Shown here: positions 22,603-34,643 of the stretch, one piece after another | Numbering within the stretch: position 1 is the stretch's first letter | How the letters are laid out: each line of letters begins with the position of its first letter | Assembly: GCA_965153355.1 (NCBI GenBank) | Contig: OZ231126.1 | Location: 38,316,001-38,380,000, forward strand | Origin: Flaccisagitta enflata | Lineage: Eukaryota | Direction: 5' to 3' | DNA: 64,000 nt | Notes under the pieces: generated by a model | The model's database searches: none | Seen by the model: only the letters and a program-made list of their open reading frames with translations | What the model was told of the DNA's origin: nothing | Program-made: the position numbers and the translations under genes

Positions 22603-25600
22603 CTAAATGAGTTCTGAGATGCCATTGTTGTCCTGAGCTATGGCGTCATCTTGAGCTATGGCGTCATCTTGAGCTATGGCGTCATCTTGAGCTATGGCGT
22701 CATCTTGAGCTATGGCGTCATCTTGAGCTATGGCGTCATCTTGAGCTATGGCGTCATCTTGAGCTATGGCGTCATCTTGAGCTATGGCGTCATCTTGAGC
22801 TATGGCGTCATCTTGAGCTATGGCGTCATCTTGAGCTATGGCGTCATCTTGAGCTATGGCGTCATCTTGAGCTATGGCGTCATCTTGAGCTATGGCGTCA
22901 TCTTGAGCTATGGCGTCATCTTGAGCTATGGCGTCATCTTGAGCTATGGCGTCATCTTGAGCTATGGCGTCATCTTGAGCTATGGCGTCATCTTGAGCTA
23001 TGGCGTCATCTTGAGCTATGGCGTCATCTTGAGCTATGGCGTCATCTTGAGCTATGGCGTCATCTTGAGCTATGGCGTCATCTTGAGCCTCGGCGTCATC
23101 TTGAGCCTCGGCGTCATCTTGAGCCTCGGCGTCATCTTGAGCCTCGGCGTCATCTTGAGCCTCGGCGTCATCTTGAGCCTCGGCGTCATCTTGAGCCTCG
23201 GCGTCATCTTGAGCCTCGGCGTCATCTTGAGCCTCGGCGTCATCTTGAGCCTCGGCGTCATCTTGAGCCTCGGCGTCATCTTGAGCCTCGGCGTCATCTT
23301 GAGCCTCGGCGTCATCTTGAGCCTCGGCGTCATCTTGAGCCTCGGCGTCATCTTGAGCCTCGGCGTCATCTTGAGCCTCGGCGTCATCTTGAGCCTCGGC
23401 GTCATCTTGAGCCTCGGCGTCATCTTGAGCCTCGGCGTCATCTTGAGCCTCGGCGTCATCTTGAGCCTCGGCGTCATCTTGAGCCTCGGCGTCATCTTGA
23501 GCCTCGGCGTCATCTTGAGCCTCGGCGTCATCTTGAGCCTCGGCGTCATCTTGAGCCTCGGCGTCATCTTGAGCCTCGGCGTCATCTTGAGCCTCGGCGT
23601 CATCTTGAGCCTCGGCGTCATCTTGAGCCTCGGCGTCATCTTGAGCCTCGGCGTCATCTTGAGCCTCGGCGTCATCTTGAGCCTCGGCGTCATCTTGAGC
23701 CTCGGCGTCATCTTGAGCCTCGGCGTCATCTTGAGCCTCGGCGTCATCTTGAGCCTCGGCGTCATCTTGAGCCTCGGCGTCATCTTGAGCCTCGGCGTCA
23801 TCTTGAGCCTCGGCGTCATCTTGAGCCTCGGCGTCATCTTGAGCCTCGGCGTCATCTTGAGCCTCGGCGTCATCTTGAGCCTCGGCGTCATCTTGAGCCT
23901 CGGCGCCATCTTGAGCCTCGGCGTCATCTTGAGCCTCGGCGTCATCTTGAGCCTCGGCGTCATCTTGAGCCTCGGCGTCATCTTGAGCCTCGGCGTCATC
24001 TTGAGCCTCGGCGTCATCTTGAGCCTCGGCGTCATCTTGAGCCTCGGCGTCATCTTGAGCCTCGGCGTCATCTTGAGCCTCGGCGTCATCTTGAGCCTCG
24101 GCGTCATCTTGAGCCTCGGCGTCATCTTGAGCCTCGGCGTCATCTTGAGCCTCGGCGTCATCTTGAGCCTCGGCGTTATCTTGAGCCTCGGCGTTATCTT
24201 GAGCCTCGGCGTCATCTTGAGCCTCGGCGTCATCTTGAGCCTCGGCGTCATCTTGAGCCTCGGCGTCATCTTGAGCCTCGGCGTTATCTTGAGCCTGGGC
24301 GTCATCTTGAGCCTGGGCGTCATCTTGAGCCTGGGCGTCATCTTGAGCCTGGGCGTCATCTTGAGCCTGGGCGTCATCTTGAGCCTCGGCGTCATCTTGA
24401 GCCTCGGCGTCATCTTGAGCCTCGGCGTCGGAATGAGCCTCGGCGTCGGAATGAGCCTCGATGTCGGAATGAGCCTCGATGTCGGAATGAGCCTCGATGT
24501 CGGAATGAGCCTCGACATTGGAATGAGCCTCGACGTCGGAATGAGCCTCGACGTCGGAATGAGCCTCGACGTCGGAATGAGCCTCGACGTCGGAATGAGC
24601 CTCGACGTCGGAATGAGCCTCGACGTCGGAATGAGCCTCGACGTCGGAATGAGCCTCGACGTCGGAATGAGCCTCGACGTCGGAATGAGCCTCGACGTCG
24701 GAATGAGCCTCGACGTCGGAATGAGCCTCGACGTCGGAATGAGCCTCGACGTCGGAATGAGCCTCGACGTCGGAATGAGCCTCGACGTCGGAATGAGCCT
24801 CGACGTCGGAATGAGCCTCGACGTCGGAATGAGCCTCGACGTCGGAATGAGCCTCGACGTCGGAATGGGCCTCGACGTCGGAATGGGCCTCGACGTCGGA
24901 ATGGGCCTCGGCTTCGGAGTGGGCCTCGGCTTCGGAGTGGGCCTCGGCTTCGGAGTGGGCCTCGGCTTCTGAGTGGGCCTCGGCTTCTGAGTGGGCCTCG
25001 GCTTCTGAGTGGGCCTCGGCTTCTGAGTGGGCCTCGGCTTCTGAGTGGGCCTCGGCTTCTGAGTGGGCCTCGGCTTCTGAGTGGGCCTCGGCTTCTGAGT
25101 GGGCCTCGGCTTCTGAGTGGGCCTCGGCTTCTGAGGGCCTCGGCTTCTGAGTGGGCCTCGGCTTCTGAGTGGGCCTCGGCTCTGAGTGGGCCTCGGCTCT
25201 GAGTGGGCCTCGGCTTCTGAGTGGGCCTCGGCTTCTGAGTGGGCCTCGGCTTCTGAGTGGGCCTCGGCTTCTGAGTGGGCCTCGGCTTCTGAGTGGGCCT
25301 CGGCTTCTGAGTGGGCCTCGGCTTCTGAGTGGGCCTCGGCTTCTGAGTGGGCCTCGGCTTCTGAGTGGGCCTCGGCTTCTGGGTGGGCCTCGGCTTCTGG
25401 GTGGGCCTCGGCTTCTGAGTGGGCCTCGGCTTCTGAGTGGGCCTCGGCTTCTGAGTTGGCCTCGGCTTCTGAGTTGGCCTCGGCTTCTGAGTTGGCCTCG
25501 GCTTCTGAGTTGGCCTCGGCTTCTGAGTTGGCCTCGGCTTCTGAGTTGGCCTCGGCTTCTGAGTTGGCCTCGGCATCTGAGTTGGCCTCGGCATCTGAGT

Positions 25601-27761
25601 TGGCCTCGGCATCTGAGTTGGCCTCGGCATCTGAGTTGGCCTCGGCATCTGAGTTGGCCTCGGCATCTGAGTTGGCCTCGGCATCTGAGTTGGCCTCGGC
25701 ATCTGAGTTGGCCTCGGCATCTTTTGTGGAAATATCTATTGCCCCTTTGATGTGGTTTTCATGGCCAAGGACGGTAGAAGAGTCTTCAGACTGACTTTGA
25801 TTGTTTGACTGAGCCCATACAGCCGTCCCAAATTTTGATGACGCAAATAATTCATGGCTTATCTGCACCTTAACCGGAGTAGGATGAAACAAAGCGGGCT
25901 GGGCGTATGATGGTGCGTAACTCACTCCAGATGCGCGCAAAAGGGTTGGTGAGTCCGAGTCAATCTGTCTGGAATGTTGATTGACATTTTGACGTTGTGG
26001 TGAATCCCAAGAGGGAGTGGGTAATCTGAGTATGGGGTCATAATACGTGGGAGGCTCTGGCCAAGATGCATGAGTTTTAGGCCGGACTGAGTTTTGAGCA
26101 GAAGTAGAATCGCGATTGCCACAGAAAAGCCTTGCAAGGTTTTCCACTTCCCTACTCTGTGGTTGTGGTTGGGTGGTGTGTGGTTGTGGTTGGCTTGCGG
26201 AACTCGCCCAAGCTTCAAGCGAGCTGGGCCCTGCCGCTCGCCATGAATTTTGGTTTTCGATTATTTGCGCTGAATGCTGAGTCTGTTGTGATTGGGACTG
26301 TGGTCTGTATCCGTCTGTGTCTAGCTGTGGTCTGTATCTGGCGGTGCTGCAAGTGGGGGAAGAGGTACCCAAGTCTATTAGAGCAAATTGGCAATCAGTC
26401 TGAGCCGGCCGAGAATGAGACTGAGCTGGCCGAGAATGAGACTGAGTAGGCCGAGAATGAGACTGAGCAGACTGAGAATGAGGCTGAGCAGGCTGATAAC
26501 AAGCCAAGTCCAGAAGTGGTCCAGATCGATCTTGGGTGCGCTCAGATTGGTTCTGATTAGACATAGTCTGTTCAGAATTGTCATGAAATTGAGACTGAGG
26601 AACATAGTTCTGATTCTGTATCAGTAAGTGATCAGTTTGAGTCTGTTGAGTACGAAACTGGATCTGGGAACAGAAAGTCTGAGGCTGAGGAGGGCTACAT
26701 TCGGCCGAAGAACCTGAATCTGAATCTGTATCAGAATCTGAATCTGTATCAGAATCTGAATCTGTATCAGAATCTGAATCTGTATCAGAATCTGAATCTG
26801 TATCAGAATCTGAATCTGAATCTGAAGCAGGAGTGTGTGGATGACTTTCACCCAATCTTTCTGTGTGGCCCTGTCTTTGCTGATTCAAAGGAGTTTCGTC
26901 GAGAGGATTATTGATTATCAGTTCCCTCATTAAATCGACCGCAGCACTGAGGTTGGCTGCAATTGCGTTCAAAGAATTGATTTTAGTCTGTTTGACCGCG
27001 TCATCATAGCGCAAGTGTTTTTGATGATTGCGTTCATTTAATTTCTGACCTCTAATAATCTGGTCATGGTTTCTGTGAGGGGCGTTGTTTTCTAGCACAA
27101 GTGGGATCGTTGGTTCTTTGGACGGCCGTAACGTGCGTGATGCTTGGTTTGTTTGACGTGATACCGTTGCAATGGTGGAGAGGCCATCGAAGGAACTGGC
27201 AACTTGTGAGGGAATACCGAGCGGGTCAAAGAACCAATTGGAAATGACTGATTCAACTTGGTCAGAACTGGCCATAGGCTCGTTTTGTAACTGATGGGAG
27301 ACTCGGGAATTATCGCTGAATGCGATGAGGGAAGGGGGACTCTGTGAGATGGATCGTGAGGAATGGTGAACGCGAGAAATCACGGGTGGAGCCCTTTCAA
27401 TTGGGAAGGCGGGAAGCGAGGGATTATTTGCAGTATTTCCGCTTGATGGAATGTAAAGGGCTGGGTGTCCTTCTAATTCATTCTGAATCCTTCCTATCAG
27501 TGAGTCTATTCTTTGTTGTTCATCTGGTGGAAAGGATGGGGGTAATTCTATCAGTTCGAATTTCATTTTTTGGACCTGAGAAAATAGATCATTTGCCCTC
27601 TGCTTAAACTTTGGCTCCGGATAGTCTCTGGCCAAGCCGTGAGCTATCAGGAATTCCCTCAAAGTCTTGGTGGCGTCATCGACAAGGATCCTAGCATAAT
27701 CGCGGCTATGCTGGGGGCTAACCTCATGATACATCCCGCTACCTTGTGGTGAGCGAGGCAT
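22603..27761 (-). CDS. ORF1a': inverted second copy of ORF1a with a ~3.1-kb acidic 18-bp repeat tail
   Basis: N-terminal ~680 aa nearly identical to 11642+. Three small deletions at ~25135-25200 (1+1+2 nt) shift the frame. Restored, it ends DAIAQDNNGISELI* at 22603. Confidence 0.6.
22633..25720 (-). repeat. ~3.1-kb 18-bp tandem array arranged in blocks of variant units
   Basis: Successive blocks encode DAEANS, EAEANS, EAEAHS, DVEAHS, DAEAQD and DAIAQD in the restored frame. Confidence 0.97.
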
Positions 27762-29686
27762 ATTGATGGGCTATTCTCTGGGTTAGCAAAGAGACTCGAA
27801 CTTGCTTGCCAATTTAGGCCCACCTCGTCATTTTTTGAAGTTTTAGAGCTATAGACGAGCTCTTAAGAAAGTTTTCTAACAGTTACTTGCTCCCAAGCCA
27901 AAATTCCTCGGATGCCGAGGCATAATTGACTGAATTGATGTAGGATGCAGAACTGAATCAACTCAACTGAATTGAGTTTCATTGATAACAAATACTTCTA
28001 TTTCCCAGGTCAAATGGATTCTAACTTTCGAGTTTTTTCTAAATTTCGAGTTCTTTCTAACTTTCGAGTTCTTTCTTTCCAAGTTCTTTATTTCCTTCCA
28101 AGTTCTGCGAATTTAATTCTGATTCATAGTTTCTTTCATTTCTTCGTCGTTCTGAGTAGGAACAGGATTGCGGAACTGGCCCGAGCTACAGACGTGCGGG
28201 CACGGCCGCTCTCCGTCCTCGGGTTGGCAAAGAGACTTCGTGTTTTCTATTTTTTTTCACTTTTTCTTTTTTTTTCTTTTCTAATTTTTTTTCCGAATAT
28301 TCTTTCTTTTCTTTTTCGTTCTTTTCTTTTTCGTTCTTTTCTTTTTCTTCTTCTTTATCTTTCGCGTCTTTTTTTCCTACTGTTCTCTTTCTTTCTTTCT
28401 ACCTTTCCGAGTTCTTTTCTTTTTTTACGTTGGAATTTAAGGTTTTGCCGCGCAAGCTACTACATGCTTTAAGGGTTCTGTTTTCACTGATTCTTTTCCT
28501 CTCTAGATTCCAACTGACATCCCGCGATCGTCGGGCGTAGTGTCCCCGTGAAAGTACATCCCGCGGCCCTTGGGCCTGCGGGACATACGGGACTGTTTAG
28601 AACCCTCTGATGAACAGAGAGACTCGAACTTAGGTGCCAAAATAGGCCCAACTCTCGAGATTTGTTTGTTATCAAAGCTGCAAACGAGCTCTGAAAAAAT
28701 GTCCCTAATAATTACTAACGATCTCAAGTTGATGATCCTCGGTGACCGAGGCGTAATCAACAAGAATGAACTGAGTGCAGAACCGAGTCAGTTCGATTAA
28801 ATCGAGTTCCTCGGTAAACTGCGCCTTTAAGGTTCCTGATGATTTCTGACAGATGCTCGATGTTCTCAGTCCGAAGGTCCTCGATTATTCCATTGTTCCT
28901 TTCATTAAATTCGCTGACTGACTAATGGTCCAAATTACCCGGTGAGGGGTTCTTCGTGAAGTTGACGATTCTAAAATCTAGTAATCCTGACTAACTGACA
29001 AGGCCGAATTACCCGGTGAAGGGTTCTTCGAAAAAATAGACGTTTCTAAAAATCTAGGTGATCTGACTGACTGACAGGGGGACGAATTACCCGGTGTGGG
29101 GTTCTTCGAGTTTCTAGTTTCTAGTAGAATGGATTTCTAGCTAGCCGAGGTCACTCGCGAACGAGGGACCTCAGCAGAAGACTGCTAAATGCTTGTAATT
29201 GACTAACTGACAATTCAAGTTCCTTCGGTGACCGAAGATCCTTGAATATTAATGGTACTAGCTTGCTAGATTGTGCAAATCGACGTGTGCAAATGCGGGT
29301 GCTTTCCGATGGTCACCGGGTGAGCGGGGACTGTCGGTCTGATTTTCTAATTACTCGCGTAAGTTTTTCTGTTCACGCGTTGCCTCGGAGAAGAAAGACT
29401 CGGTCGAGTATTTCTCCGTCTTCTGTTCAGATTTCTTTTTTTGTGAGATACGTGTCTTTGTTCTTGATCGCGTGAGTTTCTTGGTTACGTTGGGCATCGA
29501 TTCTGAGCTGATTCTCGATCGGTTTCTTCTTGATCAATTTGGGCGTTAATTCTGAGTGGGTTCTTGATCGTCGTCGAATACTCACCAATCGAGCGAACAT
29601 TGAGGACGGTTCTTTGTCTTCTTGGGTTCTGATCAACGATAGACACACACAAAAGAGCCAGGGCATGCGCTATTAAAAGCTTTAAC
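27762..29686 (-). repeat. Inverted 5' leader of the internal unit
   Basis: Reverse complement of 9976-11641 with an extra ~200-bp segment. Confidence 0.88.
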
Positions 29687-30741
29687 TGTATTGTCGTGTA
29701 CTAAACTAATGCCCAATGCCTCTAGCTCTCCTGTATGCGGCTGCGCCGCTCGTGACTGAACCTCAATCCCACGAATAATACAGAGCGATCTCAATGCGAT
29801 CTTCTTTTATTTGAACGTAGGCGAAGCAGTTAAAGCTGCAAGACAGTGAAAAATGAAAGGAGCTAATGAAAATGCAGCTAAATATACAGATATCTAGCCA
29901 GAAATACTCAATAATACTGAAAGTGACCAAATACTGAACGAATAATGACGGAATAATGACGGAATAATGACAAAAATACGGGAAAAATAAGCCGTAAACG
30001 GGAAAAATATGGCTAAGTACGGGAAAAATAATACGAAATATGAACCCAAATCAAGCTCTCACCTTTGTTTGGCGCTCAGGGAAGTCAAATAGGCGTCCTA
30101 ATAAGGCTCGTATCAGTGCAAAATATGGTGAAAAGCGTCTATTTAATAGGCGAAAGAGTAGTTTTTAGCAATATGAGCGTCTTTTCTAGATTCTGTAAGG
30201 AAATATCGTCGGCAAAATGGCGGTAACTAAGCAACGAAAGGTTCTAGAAAATCATAGAATTCTATGGAAATCTTCAATTTCCCTTCGAGGTTCGATTGCG
30301 TCAGCCAGTAAAAATGCCAATATCGGTCAATTGAGGGCGCTACGAAATCGGTCTAAAATAGCCCAAATGACAAAAGGCGCAATGAATTCATAACAGGAAC
30401 GAAATGCAAGGCAAGAAAATATCATACGGACAAACATGAGCAATTTGGACAGAAATAAGGACAAATCAGACGGACAAATCAATAGATGCATGAAATAAAC
30501 GAATAAATGAGTCAATAAATCAATCAATAAATCTAAACGATGTCAATAAATGCGATCAGAATAAATCAAACCTGTAATAAATGCAAACGATAAAAACCAA
30601 TCTAAATAAAACGGTCAAATCTAAGTAAAATATCTAAATATAATCAAAAATATCAATCAATAAATCCAAATCTAAGGCCTAAATACCAACCAGATAATCC
30701 GTAAGAAATGATAGAATTGGTGCAAGACCATGCTTCACGAC
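29687..30741 (-). repeat. Internal inverted, diverged LTR of the same family
   Basis: Reverse complement of the terminal LTR with many substitutions and indels. It ends in ...ATACA followed by the same gttaaagct site. The first T of the TG terminus is missing at the junction with the La cassette. Confidence 0.9.
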
Positions 30742-30758
30742 TCGTTCAAATTGTTCGT

Positions 30759-31862
30759 TCATCGAAGAGAAGCGGATTCGACCTTCATCGGTTCGGACTT
30801 CGGCTCGGCCTTGGCATCGTTACGCTTATGGAAACCGCCTCCGCCGCCTCCGCCGCCTCCACGGCCGCCGCGACCGCCTCTTCCGCCGCCGCGACCTCCT
30901 CTGCCGCCTCGGCCGGCATCGCGTCTGCTCTGATGGTCGCGTCGGAATTCCTCCCAGTATTCCGTCTCTTCCTCTCCTTCCAACAATTTGAGCTCTAGCT
31001 CTTTCTCCTCGATGGTGATTTTGCCTTCTAATTGTTTGATAACGTCGGCCGCGGAATTCTCTCCGTTGAATCGCACTTTTATGGTCGACTCCTCTTTGTT
31101 CACCGTCACCCAAGCAACTTTTTTCTCCGCGGTCTCTGAAAAGGCCGATTTGACGGCGTTGACGTCGAGGCCTTGGATGTCGGCGTTGACAATTTTAAGA
31201 ACGGCGGCTTTCTCTTTCACGCCAATTTCCTCTTTTTTCGGCGCCGATTCTTTGGATTTTCCACCGTGTCTCTTTTCTTTTAACTCGGCGTTCTTCGCCG
31301 TCAAGTAGTCTTTTTGGAATTGGATAATGAGATCTTCTGCGTCGTCTTCTTTGAATTTCTTACAGTCTGAAGACAAGATTTTGTTGCAATCGTCCACGGA
31401 CTTGTACGTGACGAAAATCGAACCCTTGAACTGAGACTTTTCCTTGATTCGTCTCATGAAAACATTCTCGGACATGCAGACTTTGTCGACGAAAGGAATG
31501 ATGTCGTCCAAAGAGGCCGTCACCGGAAAGCCCTTCATGTAAAGAGTTCTGCTCTGAACTTCGTCCTTCCAATTGCTGTCCACGACGGGAATCTTTCTTT
31601 CTGGATTGCGTCTGATTTTGCTCTTGTCTTCGTTAACCTCGAGCAAGCCGCTGGAAGATTTTGTGAGAGCGTCCGCGATCACCGCTTCCTCCTTTGATAA
31701 CTGAGCCAAACGGTTGAATTTCAGCATGACTTCCAAGGATATCCATCCCTCGTCCTTCTTGATCTCTTCCTGTAAGAACTTATCGCGACCGAGGTTGTGA
31801 TCGCCGAAATAATATTCAACTTGTCTGATAATTTTCGACTCGAGTTCTGAAATGACCGCCAT
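30759..31862 (-). CDS. La: Intronless La (SSB, lupus autoantigen) homolog captured inside the LTR element
   Basis: La motif (KIIRQVEYYFGDHNL.RDKFL...GWISLEVMLKFNRL), RRM1 (RTLYMKGFP, FKGSIFVTY), an RRM2-like region and an RGG-rich basic tail. 367 aa, uninterrupted. The last codons and stop lie in element-derived sequence. Confidence 0.93.
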   Translation of the reverse strand: MAVISELESKIIRQVEYYFGDHNLGRDKFLQEEIKKDEGWISLEVMLKFNRLAQLSKEEAVIADALTKSSSGLLEVNEDKSKIRRNPERKIPVVDSNWKDEVQSRTLYMKGFPVTASLDDIIPFVDKVCMSENVFMRRIKEKSQFKGSIFVTYKSVDDCNKILSSDCKKFKEDDAEDLIIQFQKDYLTAKNAELKEKRHGGKSKESAPKKEEIGVKEKAAVLKIVNADIQGLDVNAVKSAFSETAEKKVAWVTVNKEESTIKVRFNGENSAADVIKQLEGKITIEEKELELKLLEGEEETEYWEEFRRDHQSRRDAGRGGRGGRGGGRGGRGGRGGGGGGGGGFHKRNDAKAEPKSEPMKVESASLR

Positions 31863-31964
31863 GATTATTGGATAATGACCGGATGGACGGCGTTGTTCAA
31901 AATAAGAAAACTGATAATGGTCTCCTTTATTTTAAACAAGTGAAGTAGTAGAAATTAGCTCAGT

Positions 31965-33240
31965 TTAATTTTTTTTTTCTTTTTCTAATTCTTTCTTTCC
32001 GAGTATTTCTTTTCTTTTCTTTTTTCTTTCTTTTTCTTTTCTTTTCTTTTCTTTTCTTTCTTTCTTTCTTTCTTTCTTTTCTTTTTCTTTTTTCTTTTTC
32101 TTTCTTTCTTTTCGTTGGAATTAAAGGTTTTGCCGCGCGAGCTACTACATGCTTAAAGGGTTCTGTTTTCACTGATTTTTTTCCTCTCTAGATTCAAACT
32201 GACATCGTGCGATCGTCGGGCGTAGTGTCCCCGTGAAAGTACATCCCGCGGCCCTTGAGCCTGCGGGACATACGGGACTGTTTAGAACCCTCTGATGAAC
32301 AGAGAGACTCGAACTTAGGTGCCAAAATAGGCCCAACTCTCGAGATTTGTTCTGAGATTAAAGCTACAAACGAGCTTTAAAATGCCTTAAATGACGTGTG
32401 ATCTCAGCTTGAAAGTCCTCGGTTACCAAGGCCTAATCAGCTGTTGTCCTTGACTTGATGTCCTGACTGACTGACAGGGCCGAATTACCCGGTGAAGGGT
32501 TCTTCGAAAAAATAGACGTTTCTAAAAATCTAGGTGATCTGACTGACTGACAGGGCCGAATTACCCGGTGAAGGGTTCTTCGAAAAAATAGACGTTTTTA
32601 AAAATCTAGGTGATCTGACTGACTGACAGGGGGATGAATTACCCGGTGTGGGGTTCTTCGAGTTTCTAGTTTCTAGTAGAATGGATTTCTAGCTAGCCGA
32701 GGTCACTCGCGAACGAGGGACCTCAGCAGAAGACTGCTAAATGCTTGTAATTGACTAACTGACAATTCAAGTTCCTTCGGTGACCGAAGATCCTTGAATA
32801 TTAATGGTACTAGCTTGCTAGATTGTGCAAATAGACGTGTGCAAATGCGGGTGCTTTCCGATGGTCACCGGGTGAGCGGGGACTGTCGGTCTGATTTTCT
32901 AATTACTCGCGTAAGTTTTTCTGTTCACGCGTTGCCTCGGAGAAGAAAGACTCGGTCGAGTATTTCTCCGTCTTCTGTTCAGATTTCTTTTTTTGTGAGA
33001 TACGTGTCTTTGTTCTTGATCGCGTGAGTTTCTTGGTTACGTTGGGCATCGATTCTGAGCTGATTCTCGATCGGTTTCTTCTTGATCAATTTGGGCGTTA
33101 ATTCTGAGTGGGTTCTTGATCGTCGTTGAATACTCACCAATCGAGCGAACATTGAGGACGGTTCTTTGTCTTCTTGGGTTCTGATCAACGATAGACACAC
33201 ACAAAAGAGCCAGGGCATGCGCTATTAAAAGCTTTAACTG
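31965..33240 (-). repeat. Inverted copy of the element 5' leader placed upstream of La
   Basis: Near-identical to 28430-29688 (offset 3552 over its distal part). Starts with the LTR-terminal CA and gttaaagct. Confidence 0.88.
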
Positions 33241-33259
33241 ACGCTTTCTTGTTCTTTTT

Positions 33260-34629
33260 CTGAACAAATCGAAAAAGAACAGATAGAAGAACAGAATGAT
33301 ACAGAACAAATAGAAGAACAGAATGATACAGAACAAATAGAAAAAGAACAGAATTAAAAAGAACAATCAAACGCGCCAGAACAGATAGACACAGAACAGA
33401 TCAAAAAAGAACAATTTAGCGAGTCAGAACAGAAAGTAACAGAACAAGACAAAACAGAAGAAAACAATGAAGAACCAGACTTGCTAGAAATCAAAATAGG
33501 AGAAGAAGAATATGAAACATTACATTTAGAAGAAGAGTTAGGGATTGACAGGGACCTTCCTCTCAACCCGTACAGAACAAATCGTCACAGTACCCGAGGA
33601 AGGAGAACATTATGGCATGTGGAACGACGAAGTCTACCACACACTCTGTCGGCAAACCTGGATTGACTGACACGAAGCGGCATTTTGGGACAGCTACATA
33701 AATGACAGTTGATTGCTCAACCACCTCTGAATCATTGCACTGATTAATGTTTTCGCGAGACAGAAATTGGTGACAGTGGCGAGGAGGGTGATTTGGCGCT
33801 AGTAAAGCTGATGACATGGGTGGACGGAAGTCGCGAGCCTGAAACTCATCTCTTATGCAATATTGGCTTCAAGTCTTCAAGCATCAACAAATTTGAACAT
33901 TTAGTAACTTTTGTCAGTGACATCACCAAGAATTATGCCAATGGTGAGCGGCAGTCTCATCTCGCTTTGAAGTTGGAGGAGTCCTGCGAACCAGATGGTA
34001 ACAACACTAACTACGAGACAACATTAACAACAAAGGACAACAACAATCTAACAACAACCATGGCGGGAAATCTACAACAATAATTCATCGACGACAAAGA
34101 ACAATTTACTTCTCAGCGGAATCGACTTATCAATCCGCTTTCCTTTGACGAACGAACAATTACAGCGAATCAATTCATATTTCCATTCATTCGGCGAACG
34201 GACTCTCCAGCGGATTAAATCAATCCGCGTTTCATCGATCGAAGCGCTTACTGCTAACTAACTCTGTCAAGACTACTTTTAACTAATGATCTAGCGCTTT
34301 TGGTCATCTCTCATCGACGATTTGAAGCTTTTGGTTCCGGCAAGATTCGAAAGATACAGATTCTCCCACCCCCCCACCCGCGCATACCAGTAACTAACTT
34401 AACACCTGAAACAACTAATAAACTCTATGTAGCTTGCGCACATTTGAATTGAATTATTAATGCGACGCAGAGCACAAGCGCTTTAAGAAGACGACGAAAG
34501 AATTTATTCTCAAGATTTCACTACACTGTGATATACTCCAATTGTTACTCAGGAAATTGGACAAGACCAGGCTTCTAGACTAGTTTAGTTTTTTCCCCAA
34601 ATTGGTATATTTCATATATGATTTGACTC
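33260..34629 (+). repeat. Non-coding 3' internal region of the element
   Basis: 33260-34207 is the reverse complement of ~16142-17172. 33260-33388 repeats 16027-16136 directly. Confidence 0.85.
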
Positions 34630-34643
34630 AAAAACGGGGGGAG
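34630..34643 (+). promoter_or_regulatory. Polypurine tract (plus-strand primer)
   Basis: Purine-rich run (A5-C-G6-AG) immediately 5' of the TG of the 3' LTR. Confidence 0.85.

Noticed and set aside
22651-24972. 773-aa (SLGVIL)n ORF and similar RLKMTP or RRHLEP ORFs
   Set aside because: Alternative-frame or antisense readings of the tandem array.
22633-25720. Long regular repeat arrays as CRISPR
   Set aside because: Head-to-tail 18-bp units with no unique spacers, no cas genes, and a eukaryotic context.
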